Positions 14,726 to 29,393 of a stretch of DNA of 64,000 bases are shown here, piece after piece. The notes under the pieces are model-generated. The model was not told where the DNA came from, did no database searches, and was given only the letters and a program-made list of their open reading frames with translations. The number at the start of each line of letters is the position of its first letter. Position 1 is the first letter of the stretch. The position numbers were made by a program, and so were the translations under genes. Location: the NCBI GenBank assembly GCA_951406725.2, contig OX597815.1, positions 62,434,001-62,498,000 on the forward strand. The letters run 5' to 3'. Source of the stretch: Octopus vulgaris. Its lineage: Eukaryota.

Positions 14726-15140
14726 CAGTTGTTTGACCGTAACCAGTTGAGCATGTCCCTTAGTGGCTGACGATATGTGCATCTCTGATCATGAGCAGAA
14801 GTAGTGGGGGAGCATCATAGCCATGTGTTGAGAGAGATTCTTTGGGGTTTGAATAATTCACCCCTGGAAACATGGGTGTTTCGTTCAACATCCTTAAACA
14901 ACCCTTATTCAGGGATCTTTTGAGCGGGATGGGCTACTCGACCAGAAGAAAATTCTAACTGGGCCCCACCTGCAAGGTCATGTGCTGTTTATCTTGATAT
15001 GAGATCACCATGTCGCGCACATATGGTTGTGATGCATGTGCCTAGTGTACCCTTATCAGACGGGTAGTCATGATGGGTATACTGGGCTTCGTATATTTAA
15101 TCCCAGTGTCACTTTGATGGCATGCACTGCTCTCTCACTC
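14725..15140 (+). mobile_element. 557-bp (AAT)n-associated non-coding element, copy 1 (5'-truncated)
   Basis: Near-identical to the 3' part of 20461-21017 and ends ctctctcactc(AAT)n. Confidence 0.9.
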
Positions 15141-15181
<41 letters not shown>

Positions 15182-15223
15182 TGATGATGATGATGATGAC
15201 GATGATGATGATGATGATGATGT

Positions 15224-15278
<55 letters not shown>

Positions 15279-15311
15279 AATAATGCACTAATAATAATAA
15301 TAATAATAATA

Positions 15312-15854
15312 AATGCCCTGATGCAGTACCAGCAGTGGCTCTCATGGCTTCTGATCTTAACTGATTGGAAGTGTTATCACGTACATTGTTTTGTCTTGGT
15401 ATAAAAGATGGGCTACAGCAAATATTCTGCTCAGTACCACAGATTTGTTTGTCAGTTGTTTGACCTTAACCATTTGAGCATGTCCCTTACTGGCTGACGA
15501 TATGTGCATCTCTTATCATGAGCAGACGTAGTGGGAGAGCATCATAGCCGTGTGTTGAGAGGAATTCTTAGAGGCTTGGATAATTTACCTCTGGATACAA
15601 AGGTGGTTCGTTCAACATCCTTAAACAACCCTTATTCAGGGATCTTTTGAGCGGGATGGGCTACTCGACCAGAAGAAAATTCTAACTGGGCCCCACCTGC
15701 GCTGTTTATCTTGATATATCACCATGTCGTGCACATATGGTTGTGATGCATGTGCCTGGTGTACCCTTATCAGACGGGTAGTCATGATGGGTATACTGGG
15801 CTTTGTATATTTAATCCCAGTGTCACTTTGATGGCATGAACTGCTCTCTCACTC
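15312..15854 (+). mobile_element. 557-bp (AAT)n-associated element, copy 2 (small internal deletions)
   Basis: Starts aatgccctgatgcagtacc and ends ctctctcactc, with AAT tracts on both sides. Confidence 0.9.
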
Positions 15855-16042
15855 AATAATAATAATAATAATAATAATAATCCCGAGCTGATTAGAAATA
15901 AGGACGCTTGCAAACGTAGCTCCCTAAAATACATCGAATAATCAGATAGTCAAAACTAGGATGAAATTTACCAAGAAAATGGAAAAGACATCTTTAGATA
16001 CACAAATGACTGATAATGCAACAAATATTTTTCACGTAGTTA

Positions 16043-16480
16043 TCTATTATATAAAATCCGTTATGTGTGTGTGCGTGTGTGTGTGTGTGTGTGTCTTCTA
16101 GGATCTCGGGCATCCTCCATCCGATTGCGCTCAAATTTGATATGTAGATACCAACGGTATCAGGGCGTGTATATGTCTTGAAAAAATTACAAAAATCGAT
16201 TCCAGGTGATAATGCGATTGATAAAGCATTCTTTGGAATAGAAAAAAGTATATCTTTATTTCTTCTTTTGCTGGTGTCTCAAATTTAGGTTAAATCAGTG
16301 TTTCTCAAATGGGAGGCTTATGAGACAGTCGGACAAGTTTTGGTTTAAATGTTTGACAACTCAGCACCGTTCATTGGACGGGTTTTGCTCGTATTTCATA
16401 CGTTGCTTTTGTCACGTACAAGTTGGGAAAAGCTCGTGCGTGTAGTGAAAGCGACTTACAGTACAAAACAACTTTCTGTA
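16043..16480 (+). mobile_element. 5' portion of a non-autonomous Helitron-like element
   Basis: Begins a|TCTATTATATAAAA, then a short (GT)n and atctcg...ccgattgcgctcaaattt. I could not locate a 3' CTAG end, so the right boundary is uncertain. Confidence 0.5.
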
Positions 16481-17079
16481 TGAATTGGTAAAATATCTAA
16501 ACTATCAAAACAGACTAAATCAAACAGTAAGTACATCTGATATTTTTATCATTATACGCACAAATTACTGGTTACACAATGCACACAAACAGAAACAAAA
16601 CAAGTGAAATTGAGATAAACAAAATACAAAGCAAAACGAAACAAAACTGAATAAACGAAATGAACTTTTGAACTTCAAACACTAAACGGAACAAAAACAA
16701 ATTAATAATTGAACAATCGCACAATAACATCTAAAATATATATACAACAAATTAGCTGCACTGAGGAATAAAGCCATTAAAAAAAAACAAATTTCCAACA
16801 GGCCCAGGTTGAATAAAAACAATGAACGCCTACGAACGAAGCGGCCCAATATACATACATATATACATACATACATACATACATACATACATACATACAT
16901 ACATACATACATACATACATACATACATACATACATACACACACATATACATACATATATATGTATGTGTGTTTGTATACAGACACATACACCAAAACTA
17001 AAATGAAGTTTACCAAGTAAAAAGAAAAAAACATCAGGTGCGTAGTGATACTGTCATGATAAAAACGTAACCTCAGTTT

Positions 17080-18000
17080 ATGAGAGACATGAGTTTACAT
17101 AGAAACTCTAGTGATATCAACGTAAGCGAAGGTGGACCTTCACGGGAAGGCCTCTCACTCGGCAAGCTGCCCCCAGTCGTTATTCTAAAACAGCATCAAT
17201 ACATAATAAAGAGGAAGAAGTGGACAAGTGAAGAGAACAGAGTAGTGATGCAGTGCTACTTCTAATGTGAACTCAAAATAAGAGGTTAGAAGAAGCATAT
17301 ATTAACACTTTGATTAAAGACAGATATATTTGATGTATCAGTTGAGAATAGTGGAGCAAACTAATACCACCAGGAGAAATAAGCGTATGGCAGAACTGGA
17401 GGTAGAAGATATCGTAAACAATTAAAAAAGAAAGACCAAGAAGTAGAACGGTACAAACAACACAAACCAGGATGTAGCAAGATGCATAAGTGATATGGCT
17501 GAAGCCAAAGAAGAGCCTACAAGAAAATATAACAGCGGTACCAATCAGAAAGGGAAAAGTAACACAAGTGACTTAAGTATGGAAGATCGGAAGATTTGAG
17601 ATGAATTGAAGGAAGTAATGAATAAAGAAGAAAGAAACAGATTACCAGCACTAAAAGGTGTTAACAGAAGGAAGTTGCTAGATATTACTAGGAAAGTAGA
17701 TTCTGTTATTAGTAAGATTAATACTAGAAATATAGGTGACTCTAACTTATTGTTAGAAGCAGTACAAGAGAAGCAGTATTTACTAGTAGACTAAGTATTC
17801 TAAAGGAAAGAATTGGAAGGAACAGATGTAGAACTGGAGAACAGAACATAATGTGAAGACTTTGAGACAAGAGCAGAGCAGAATAGAAGCCTACAAACAG
17901 GACAAATTACGAAGCACAAGATTTAAATCTTCTCTTGAGAAAATATATTTAGTCAAAGAGAAAGGATTTAGGACAGTCATAGAAGCGCTATACAGTCCGA
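17080..18000 (+). mobile_element. Degraded N-terminal ORF region of an R4/Dong-clade LINE
   Basis: KRKKWTSEENRVVMQCYF..IRG and RLPALKGVNRRKLLDITRKVDSVISKINTRNIGDSNLLL resemble R4-clade N-terminal motifs. Many stops. Confidence 0.65.
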
Positions 18001-18301
18001 AATGACGAGAGAATTATTGTGAGACGTATAGAGAAAATATCAAAGTACTAGGACCTAGCCTTTGAGTTACAAAGGCAATGGAAAGAATGAAGAAAATGTA
18101 TCTCAGTACTTATTCGGCCCTTAGGACGTATAAGTACTTTAAAATGGTGCTAATCTTGCCTCCCACTTTGTGGTACATCCAAGCAAACAATTGACCACTT
18201 CGTCTCTGGATTGTGTGTGAGTGTGTGTGCGTGTGGGTGCGTGTGTGTGTATCCGTGTGTATTTCTATATATACATACACGTGTGTATGTGTGTGTATAT
18301 A

Positions 18302-18371
<70 letters not shown>

Positions 18372-18388
18372 TATATATATGTTATATA

Positions 18389-18423
<35 letters not shown>

Positions 18424-18442
18424 GCATGTATGTGTGTTTGTA

Positions 18443-18539
<97 letters not shown>

Positions 18540-19009
18540 AAATATATATATACATGTCTATATATATACAAACATACATACACACATGCGCCCGCACACA
18601 CACACACATAAATATATATATATATATATATATATATCTATGAATGTTAAAGATATTGGTGTTAGAGTTGTAGAGAGAATACTGTAAGTGAAAGAATACG
18701 AGAAACTTTCAAACTTACGAGATTGCGTCATTGTTGTTGTTGCTATTGTTTAGTTCCCTCTCTGTACAGACATATTGACAAAAGTGCTTCTGCCATGACC
18801 ATCCAATTCTTCATCTCAGTCATAACGTATCTAGGATTATGTTATCCAAACCTTCATTCATATTTAAAACTGCTACGCGAGATTTGATGGAGGTGTAGTT
18901 GCTATTTCTTATGCAGCAGCTATTTCATGCGAACATTTCTAGATAGACAACCGCAGGTAAAAAGTGTGTGTGCGTGCGTGCGTATTGGGTGGATGTTAGT
19001 GGAAATGGT

Positions 19010-19330
19010 AATTGGTAATTATAGAAGAATGTAATCAGTTGGAAGAGAAAGGCTGAATGATGAGTGTTAGAGCGGATAATTAGCGTGAATGACACTGGGC
19101 ATGAGGAGAAGAGAATGGTAGGTTTAACGGGTTAAACTGGAGGTGGCATGCATGTAACTGGATCTGAGGAGCTGCGAACGTCTGTGTAACAACAGCAGAG
19201 ACAGACAGAACAAGCAATATGTTCGCGAAACGGTGACTGTAGAATGTTGGAGAGTATTTTAACTTTCTAAGTCGAATGGGGTGGTTTATGTTAGAGTGAT
19301 TTAATTGCTTCTAGACACATTTATAGCGAA
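19010..19330 (-). mobile_element. Very degraded CR1/Jockey-group LINE ORF2 C-terminus
   Basis: LQSPFRE...LCCCY...PPPV.PVKPT..S...SAFLF follows the LQSL.HRR...FY.YY...PP...TR...SFF pattern. Confidence 0.4.
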
Positions 19331-20116
19331 TAAGTATAGGCTCTGATGACAGTCATAAAGACCTCTAGTACATTACTTTGATGACATTAAAATAATTCTT
19401 TAATGGGTGTGTATTTCGATTGCAAACAAAACAGTAGCATTGGAAGATCAAATGTGGATACACATAACATAGTGATTGAATGATAGTTTATTCGGCAAAG
19501 TTCGATCTTCTAAGACCTAGAGTAGCTACCATCTATATATCTACATGTGCGTGTTTGTGTGTGTTGTGTGCGTATGTGTACACATATATGTGTACTTGCA
19601 TTTACATATCTGTATACTCACGCTGACACATGCACGCGCACACATATATACACAAACTAACACACACAAATATTTGTGTATTTCTATTTTCCCGAATTCT
19701 TACGTAATACATTCTTCCATAACAGTGCTATCTCTTACAAAATATTACATCAACCCATGCAGTTTGATCACGTCACCTCTGTAATAGAGCAATAGCGAGT
19801 GATCTGCAGATTTGTATCTATCATACTCGTTTGGTGGTTTAAGTCATAGGATCGCGGCGACTCTGGGGCAGAGACTTAACGGTTTTACTCAATCATATTG
19901 CTCTCACTACTTATCTTCAGTTAAGTCCATATCTAATTTCCAAATCGTTGTTTTACACCAGTTTGTTTTACAACCAGTAATATTCTGAGAAACATAACCG
20001 CAAACAGAAGCACACGTTACTTCAATATATATATATATATACACATACATGTGTGTGTGCGTGTGTGTACATAAAGATATCTTTCTATATTTTTTTTTTA
20101 CTTTTAATTACTTTAA

Positions 20117-20214
20117 TAATGCTGACGAAGTGAGCCGGCAGCATTTGTTGCATATCAGAGCATTTAGGCTTATGCAATTTACAGTGAGCGGCTTTCTGAA
20201 ACTCGTGTATAACT
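20117..20214 (+). ncRNA. Type-I hammerhead ribozyme motif with long stem II (partly degraded)
   Basis: CTGACGA (20122-28), stem II agtgagccg/cggctttct with an inner ttgcata/tatgcaa hairpin, GAAA (20198-201), ctcgtg, TA. Stem I is weak. Confidence 0.55.
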
Positions 20215-20352
20215 ACCGATTACCTTCTCTTTCTTCACGTTGCACGAACTTTACGTACTAGCCAATCCCAGTCGAGCATAGAAGTGGAATGTGGAACTTA
20301 GCTACGGGGCCCAGAAGCTTTGGTAATGTGTCGTGCCTTGCAATGCACGCGT

Positions 20353-20443
<91 letters not shown>

Positions 20444-20460
20444 TAATAATAATAATAATA

Positions 20461-21017
20461 AATGCCCTGATGCAGTACCAGGCAGTGGCTCTCATGGCTT
20501 CTGATCTTAACTGATTCGAAGTGTTATCATGTACATTGTTTTGTCTTGGTATAAAAGATGGGCTACAGCAAATATTCTGCTCAATACCACAGATTTGCTT
20601 GTCAGTTGTTTGACCTTAACCAGTTGAGCATGTTCCTTAGTGGCTGACGATATGTGCATCTCTGATCACGAGCAGAAGTAGTGGGGGAGCATCATAGCCA
20701 TGTGTTGAGAGGGATTCTTTGGGGTTTGAATAATTCGCCTCTGGAAACATGGGTGGTTCTTTCAACATCCTTAAACAACCCTTATTCAGAGACCGTTTGA
20801 GCGGGATGGGCTACTCAACCTGAAGAAAATTCTAACTGGGCCCCACCTGCAAGGTCATGTGCTGTTTATCTTGATATGAGATCACCATGTCGCGCACATA
20901 TGGTTGTGATGCATGTGCCTGGTGTACCTTTATCAGACGGGTAGTCATGATGGGTATATTGGGCTTCGTATATTTTACCCCAGTGTCACTTTGATGGCAT
21001 GCTCTGCTCGCTCACTC
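20461..21017 (+). mobile_element. 557-bp (AAT)n-associated element, copy 3 (full length)
   Basis: Defined ends with AAT tracts on both sides. Confidence 0.92.
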
Positions 21018-21069
21018 AATAATAATAATAATGATGATGATAATAATAACAATAATAATAATAATAATG

Positions 21070-21105
<36 letters not shown>

Positions 21106-21108
<3 letters not shown>

Positions 21109-21662
21109 GCCCTGATGCAGTACCAGGCAGTGGCTCTCATGGCTTCTGATCTTAACTGATTCGAAGTGTTATCATGTACATTGTTTTGTCTTGGTATAAA
21201 AGATGGGCTACAGCAAATATTCTGCTCAATACCACAGATTTGCTTGTCAGTTGTTTGACCTTAACCAGTTGAGCATGTCCCTTAGTGGCTGACGATATGT
21301 GCATCTCTGATCACGAGCAGAAGTAGTGGGGGAGCATCATAGCCATGTGTTGAGAGGGATTCTTTGGGGTTTGAATAATTCACCTCTGGAAACATGGATA
21401 GTTCTTTCAACATCCTTAAACAACCCTTATTCAGGGACCTTTTGAGCGGGATGGGCTACTCAACCTGAAGAAAATTCTAATTGGGCCCCACCGGCAAGGT
21501 CATGTGCTGTCTATCTTGATATGAGATCTCCATATCGCGCACATATGGTTGTGATGCATGTGCCTGGTGTACCTTTATCAGACGGGTAGTCATGATGGGT
21601 ATATTGGGCTTCGTATATTTTACCCCAGTGTCTCTTTGATGGCATGAACTGCTCTCTCACTC
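21106..21662 (+). mobile_element. 557-bp (AAT)n-associated element, copy 4 (full length, tandem with copy 3)
   Basis: Same ends as copy 3. Confidence 0.92.
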
Positions 21663-21712
<50 letters not shown>

Positions 21713-21713
<1 letters not shown>

Positions 21714-22492
21714 TGATAGACAAAACTGTACTTAGAGACTGTAAGAAGAGAAAAAGTAACTTAGCTATGTCATGGATCGACTATCGTAAGGCGTACGATA
21801 TGATCCCACATTTTTTGGATTATGGAGTGTATGAACCTATTTGGCATTGCATCGAATGTTGAGCGATTGCTTGGAAAATGTATGGCGAATTGGTGGGCGG
21901 AACTGACAGCATACGGAAGAAGTTTAGGAACAGTAGAAATTAGGCGGGGCATCTTCCAAGGAGACTGCCTGTTCCCACTGATCTTTGTACTATGCTTAAT
22001 ACCACTAACACTGATTCTGAGGAGAGCAAAGCTGGGTATCTATTCAAACTTTATGGTAAAGATGAACCCCAAGTCAGTTCCCTCGTTGATAAGGTGTATA
22101 CTTTCAGCACTGATATCAGAATGGAGTTCGGACTGAGAAAGTGTGGTGTGTTAGTCTTGAAGAGAGGTGAAATCAAATATATGAACGGGCTAACGATACC
22201 GTCGGGGGAGGTTATGAAGCAGACAGAAGAGGCGAGCTATAAGTACTTGGGGATTTTGGAAATAGATAAATTGATGGAGAAAGAAAGAAATGACAGAAAA
22301 ATTTAAGGTAGAATATTTGCGCAAACAGAGACAGATTCTTAAGTCGAAATTACGCGAACGGAATAAGATGGAAGCTATCAACACCTGGGCGGTTTCACTC
22401 CTTAGATATGGAGCAGGGGTAATTGCATGGACAGTAGACGAACTAAACAGCTTAGAGAGAAAGACAAAGAAGTTACTAACTAGATATGGGTC
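21713..22492 (+). mobile_element. R4/Dong-clade LINE reverse transcriptase fragment, 5'-truncated at an (AAT)n tract
   Basis: LIDKTVLRDCKKRKSNLAMSWIDYRKAYDMIPH...RRGIFQGDCLFPLIFVLCLIPL...MEFGLRKC...YKYLGILE...NKMEAINTWAVSLLRYGAG. It is frameshifted and the YMDD segment is deleted. Confidence 0.92.
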
Positions 22493-23200
22493 ACCGTTCC
22501 ATAGCATGCCTAAACATAATCTGGAAGATACTTACTGGAATATGAGGCAAAGACATACACTTTCCTGGCACTAGAGGAAATGTTACCAAGGGAGCAAAAA
22601 GGATGTAGGAAGAGTTCTCAGGGTACCAAGGATCACCTGGTCATCGATAAAACAGTTTTGCGGCATTGTAAAACAACATCATACAAACATGTCAATGGCT
22701 TGGATTGACTTTAAGAAGGCGTATGATAGGATGCCTCATTCTTGGATCGTTGAATGCCTACTGATGTTTGGTGTTGCTGACAACATCACAAATTTTCTGA
22801 AGCATAGCATGCAAGAATGGAAAACCAAATTGTACTCAAGTAATGTATTCCTTGGATAAGTTAATATTAAAAGGGGAAGCTTCCAAGGTGATTCGTTTTC
22901 TCCATTACATTTTGTAATTGCACTAATACCCATAACAATAACACTTAGGGAAGTTAAGATGGATTGCCGATGTAGGAAGAAAGGCCCAACATTGAACTAT
23001 CTTCTGTTTATGGTTGATCTGAATTTCTTTGGGAAATCTGAAACACACCTAGATTCCTTAACCAAAACAGTCCAAAAGTGTGGTAGGAACATCGGTATGG
23101 AATTTGGGATCACCATATGCTCAATACTTAATATGAAAAGAGGGAAGAAAGCTGTCTGCAGAGGATTCTGGTTTTCATCAGGAGAGACCATGGGTGAACA
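22493..23200 (+). mobile_element. Second, divergent R4/Dong-clade RT fragment
   Basis: [14 protein letters not shown]...[23 protein letters not shown]...[17 protein letters not shown]...RGSFQGDSFSPLHF...NYLLFMVDL...IGMEFG. Confidence 0.9.
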
Positions 23201-23329
23201 TTTAATCGTGAGTGTTATGCAATATAGTATTACATAACAGCACCACAAATCATTTCATCACAAGAAACAACACGAAAACAGCAAACAGCAAATGGACATC
23301 TTCTCTCTACGAGTGCTGAGCCACAACTG

Positions 23330-23508
23330 ACGGTTGGTGATAAGTTGTGGCCAACCAACCAAGCATTGCCGAGGGAGACAGGTCACGATGGTCAGCTGTT
23401 TGAGTATCAAACAACCCCTATATGATGCACTCCAGCCTCCACAAAAATAGTTCGGTTTTGGTGGCTTTCTGGATTTTAGATTTCCGAATAAAGGATTGTG
23501 TACCTGTA
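23330..23508 (-). mobile_element. Possible Tigger/pogo-like MITE end
   Basis: Reverse complement begins TA|CAGGTACACAATCCTTTATTCGGAAAT. The second terminus was not identified. Confidence 0.3.
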
Positions 23509-24199
23509 TTAATATAATATAATACAATATGATGTAATGTAATATAATATGATACAATATAATATATTGTCTACATATGTACATATATACAGAACATATA
23601 AGGTGTTTTCGTCAACTGGCGTAAAGTAATAAGTATGTACTATATGTGCTTAGTTTGGTTTACCACTGAAACTCCGGTTTGAACTGCAACTGAAAATGTG
23701 ATGTTCAGGCTGCCTATCAGTGTCGGCTAGAAGAGGTTTCTCTTTGAGCAGGTAAATATAGATTAAAGTAAAACTGAAAAAGCAAACCATTGAAAAAGCA
23801 TTTAATTTATATTGAGAATATAAACATATAGAGTCCCTTACAGATTTTTCTAGAATAGCCAAGCATGCCTATCGCGATATTGAGAAAGGATTCCATAAGC
23901 TTAGTAAATCGTCATCAACGAGGGAGAGTCAGACAGATGTAAAAATGGGGGAATATTCCCATCCAAGGATATTAGTATATTCCAGTTTGTCAAAAATAGG
24001 GGAAGGATCAGAGTAAAATAGATATGTTACGTAGTTCCATGATCGAATGAATAATACAATTATAGGTGAACATTTCCTGGTTTAAAGGGCGTCGCGCGCT
24101 GTGTGTGAATCTGAGAAGTGAATATGTTGAATAAAACCATAATTAACTGATCCTCCTATATTTTCTTTTACCCAAAGCCAAAAACTTTTCAGCACCCTT

Positions 24200-24520
24200 C
24201 TCTACAGGGACTGTGCCACCCACTACAGGCTCTGCTATGGTCTGTGAGATTTACGTGTTTAACATTCCTCTTAGATAGTTACAAGTCTTCGGTGGTAGGA
24301 AATACATGTGCCAAGAGACAATTCCAAAGAGATAAAGTTCTGAGGTTAAGGAACTGGATGTAGAGCTGCACTGATCCGAGAGCCGGATGAAGCCTTTAAC
24401 ACGTACCTTTATCAAGAGATTAGCGCTAGATATAGGCGAACGCTTATAATGGGGTGGAATGCAAACCCACGTAATTGCGAATGAATATTTTAAAACACGT
24501 CTACGCCTAAGTTTTTAGAG
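24200..24520 (-). mobile_element. Degraded CR1/Jockey-group LINE 3' end
   Basis: Minus strand RTLSLWNCLLAHVFPTTEDL*LSKRNV matches RT..LWN.LP..VFP...L..FK..V. Confidence 0.55.
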
Positions 24521-25777
24521 AGGAATTTGCTCTACTGCAGTAACTTCATTGTTGCCAAAAGAATGCAAGGAAATGAACCACTTCGTAATTTTACTGTGAC
24601 TAGCGACCTTATATACACACAGTTCTGTACCTTATATAGGTGCATTGTGCGAATGTTACTGTGAACCCACCTAAAACATGTGACTCCAGTCGTGAAATGT
24701 CTTAACAGAGAACATAACGTAGCAATCGACATAATCAGCTGTTTGCCCAGTGCTTCATCTATTTGGCGATTCTCCCCTCTTGAGGCAGTTCGATACAGGA
24801 AGTCAATTTATATCGATCAAACCCACACCTGTCTAGACTGAAAAAAGAAAAAAAAAAAGATTTTAATCATTCGTAGAAAGGCGTCTAATTTACAAATAAT
24901 GACACCTGCGATCATGTGATGTTCAAGCTTTTCTCAAAAGAATTAGTGATATAAATGAAGTGAAATGGTCATCACCGGAAATTGTAAACAGATTCGTGGA
25001 CGGGAGTTTATTACTGCTCCTTGTTATTCGTTTCCTTCTACCTCCATCTTCGCCTAGCCATGTCAGTTTGTGTATAGGACCAGCAAGAAATCATTATTGT
25101 AGATATAAACGAATCAGTCAGCTGCTGCTGATACAATTCCCATCGGATCTGTTACTATGGTTACTCATCTATCGCGTGATCGTTTTCTGTCTTCTTTTTT
25201 TATTTTTACTACATTAGTGCAGGCTTCGATTGAGACCCATTTGTTTTACTCTGGACCGATTATATTTTGTCGTTGTGTTAGAGGAACGGCAATTATTCAT
25301 TTTTTAAAAATGTTCTCTAATTACAATTAAGGATGGGTAAGGTTATTGATTGGGTTTGTCTTGGCTGCCAATCAGATGATTTGGCACAGGATTTGTACTT
25401 GGTAGATAAACCTAACTAATATGGCGGAGGAAGTAAAGTCAGACATAGTCATTTGATCACTTTTTTTTCAGTGATATCTGTCATGGACACCACAACCACA
25501 ACCACAACCACAACCACCTCCATCATCATCATCATCATTCATCCATTTCGTCGCAGTCGTCATCATCATTATCATCATAGTCGTCGTCAAAATGGTCTTC
25601 GACATCATCGTAATCATCATCCTCATCATCCTTATCATAATCATTCAATTTCAAGTACCATTTGAAGAGGGAAGTGAGAGCAGAAAAAAGCAAAGAAAGA
25701 AAGGAAGAACGAGAGGAATGTGTTATCGGCCAGTAAATGTTATGGAAGATGAGGGACAGAAATAGAGAGAAAGAGAT

Positions 25778-25929
<152 letters not shown>

Positions 25930-26452
25930 CTAAATTAGAGAAGTTCTCCCTGGGAAATCAGGGCTGTGTATGATGGTCCCTTAATCACCCTACAATTTTG
26001 TCTCATATTTTGCTAATCCCCTCTTGTTATATACAGTTATAACCATATAAACGATTATCTCAGTATTAATATGTATCTTTAATTGTTATCGTGGATCTCG
26101 TTCTTTTACTCGTCGCAAATATCCCACCATTTCTTCTCTTTTTACTGGAGTTGCTCATTATATTGCACCCCGTCGACAATAAAAGATGTTTGTATTGTAG
26201 CAGTAATCATTATTTTTTGTTGTTGTAAGCTTTTACAATAAAACTAAGAGCAAGCAGTCTCATGCCCCTTGTGTTGTGTATCTGTTCTGATTTGGGCCGT
26301 TATGCGTCAAGTATATAATATATAGCGTATAATGTATAACACATACATGCGCACACTCACGCATGCACACACATCACACACAAACACACACACTGTCTCT
26401 CTCTCACACACGTATATGTATATATATATATGGATGTATTTATATATATGCA

Positions 26453-26537
<85 letters not shown>

Positions 26538-26735
26538 GCATATATATATATATATGTATATATATATATGCATATATATATATATTTACATGTGCATTTA
26601 TATGTTTGTATATGTATATGTAAATATGTAGATTAATACGGTATATACATATATTTATGTACGTGTGTATATATAGTACATGCATACCATACTCATAGTA
26701 ATGCTCACGCAGAGATATCCTATATCAATATTTAA

Positions 26736-26888
26736 AGCAGAGTGGTTACTACACCGGGCAAAATGCTTTGCGGCATTTCGTCCGTCTTTATGTTCTGAGT
26801 TCAAATTCCACCGAGGTCGACTTTGCTTTCAAAATCGACTCACACCAACCCCGAATTTGTTGGTCTCATGCCAAAATTTGAAACCAAT
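26736..26888 (+). mobile_element. tRNA-derived SINE family B (internally deleted)
   Basis: ccgggcaaaatgctttgcggcatttcgtccgtc...gagttcaaattccaccgaggtcgactttgc. Confidence 0.8.
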
Positions 26889-27099
26889 ATTTGAGAAAGA
26901 CCGTCTTTTATATTAAACAACTTTAAAAATTTGGTGCTTTCATTTTTTAAAAATTCCTATTCCTTCATTGAACTCATTAACATTTCCAGCCATTATGTCT
27001 GGACAAATATTTCGTTTATTTTCTTTTTTATTTCTTAAAACTATAATGAATATTTATTTTATTTAGAAACTGACAGAGCACGCAGACAAAGAACAATAG

Positions 27100-27258
27100 G
27101 CTTAGATAACATCCGTAGCTTTAGCTGGTCACGCTTGAGAACTCAGAAAACAAAGTTTAATGATGGTTGCTTTTGATAGGACCCTATGGAGGAGGAAGAG
27201 GAGAAGGAGCCTGAGGACTCTATCACCACGACCCTTCCAGGAAGAGTGGGCGACGTAT
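27100..27258 (+). mobile_element. Possible RTE-type LINE 3' terminal fragment
   Basis: MVAFDRTLWRR matches the A.DR..WR motif and is followed by a microsatellite tail. Confidence 0.35.
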
Positions 27259-27270
27259 ACAGATGTATAC

Positions 27271-27323
<53 letters not shown>

Positions 27324-27329
27324 CACCAT

Positions 27330-27448
27330 GACCACCACCACCACCATGACCGACCAGACTATCAGATGTTGCTACACATCGCTGGTCACAATGCGCTTCG
27401 CATTGTTTTAGCCTTCAAATGACGCCACCCCGCTGGCTAAGCAAGCAG

Positions 27449-27451
<3 letters not shown>
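27330..27451 (-). mobile_element. SINE/LINE-type 3' tail fragment ending in (GAT/GGT)n
   Basis: Short complex segment between microsatellites, with a triplet-repeat tail on the minus strand. Confidence 0.45.
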
Positions 27452-27497
<46 letters not shown>

Positions 27498-27560
27498 CTC
27501 AAATTTATAGAATATATATATATATAAATACATACACACAAACACACACACAGACACACA

Positions 27561-27643
<83 letters not shown>

Positions 27644-27973
27644 TTTGTGTACGTGTAACGTAAGTTTAGGAAAAAAAAACATTGGTTTCATATATAGCGT
27701 GAACTAGACATCTCTTCATTTTCTCTAAAGAGTAATTGTTCTCTGCAAAGAATGTTTGTTTTAAAACACAAGAACACCGGTGATAGTTCAAGAAATATTC
27801 CTCTTTAAAAATATGGCCGGGCGAGTTATCTTCCTTCGCTTGATAACAAGGTTTTCCAATTTTGAAATAAAAATTTCCGAAAATATGGACAACTTCCCAC
27901 GGCTTCCATCCTGGAGTTAAGGAAGCCTCCTGGCTCATGTCAGTTCGTGAGAATTATAAATCTTTCTGCCAAA

Positions 27974-28020
<47 letters not shown>

Positions 28021-29035
28021 TTAATGTTATAATAAAAAGAGGTTTACATTGAACTGACAATTGTAGAGTATAAAAGTATTATTCTTTAACAAGAATAGTA
28101 TTGAGAGCCACTTTGAGGTTTCGGACAGCTAAGCTATTTTCGGACTGTATTTCGTTTAAATTCATTTTGGCTTTAATTGACTCTGTTAAGTAAACAATTT
28201 GTTGGGATATCCTGAGATCTTTTGAATGGTAATTATGCTGAATGGTAGGTTATGATGACCAGATGGTATGGAGAATTTTTATTGAATTTTTTAGAAGAGC
28301 GAATTGTTAGAAGGTATTCATGCATGTAGAGTTTTATAATTAGGTGTGTATTTTTAGGTGTGTCATCTTCAGGTCATATGTGTTGGCTAGCAGATCTAGG
28401 ACTTGTTTTGGTTGTTGTTGATTTTTAGATATTAATCTAGATATTTACCTTTTGTTTTGAGAATGTGAAGGTTAAATCTTATATTTCAGTCAGTGTTTTG
28501 ACCTTTGTATTTAAATGTGTTACTCGATATGTCAGATTTTAGAATGTATGTGGTAAGGTTTAGTTAGTTGACGAGTTGGTATTAGGGTTTTCGCTTGTTT
28601 GTATTGAGAGACTGTGGGTTGTCACTTATGTGTGTCACATTGATATTAGTGTGTAAAATTGGTTGATAAAATCTAATAATGCTCACAAGAGTATGTATGT
28701 AGGCTTAAAAGTTGTTGGTCAGTATATTAGACACTAGGAGATCATTCATCTGGAAAATATTTGGCTGCTATTTTTAAGTTTTAACGTATGTATTTAGGGA
28801 GATAATGTTTGTAAGCTTATTTTTATAAATACTTCATTCATTCGGTTTCACGCATTTTTTATAATGCCCACCTTTTGCATATTTCAGTAATACTATAAAA
28901 AGTATCCATACTGTGCGTATATACATACATTTACTACTCGCACGTACTTATGCACCCTTATTTAACGGTCAAAAAAGCTCCATATGTCATAGAGAGATGC
29001 ACTCAATATAATGAATTTATATATTTTATTTACAA

Positions 29036-29393
29036 GCGCAGGAGTGGCTGTGTAGTAAGAAGCTTGCTTCCCAACTACATGGTTCTGGGTTCAGTCCCAC
29101 TGCGTGCCACCTTGGGCTACTGTAATCTATAGCCACGGAAACTGAAAGAATCCCATCGTATATATATGTATATACATCTATGTGTGTGTATCTGTTTGGC
29201 CTCCTGTCACCATTTGACAACCGATGTCGGTATGTTTACGTCCCCGTAACTTAACAGTTCAGTAAAAGACATCAATAGAATAAGTACCAGGCTTCAAAAT
29301 AAGCACTGGAGTCGATTTATTTGACTAAAAATTCAAGGCGGTGCCCCAGCATGACCGCAGTCTAATGCTTGAAACAGGTAAAAGATAAAAGAT
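29036..29393 (+). mobile_element. SINE family A
   Basis: gcgcaggagtggctgtgtagtaag...ggttcagtccc...gcggtgccccagcatgaccgcagtc. Confidence 0.88.

Noticed and set aside
20461-20530. HDV-like or hammerhead ribozyme at the 5' end of the 557-bp element
   Set aside because: I could not build the nested double pseudoknot by eye. ctgatgc and the internal ctgacga lack the matching GAAA and stems.
28100-28150. Minus-strand hammerhead (ccgaaaa tagc tta gctg tcc gaaa cc...)
   Set aside because: Two core mismatches and no convincing stem I or III, although the surrounding region looks PLE-like
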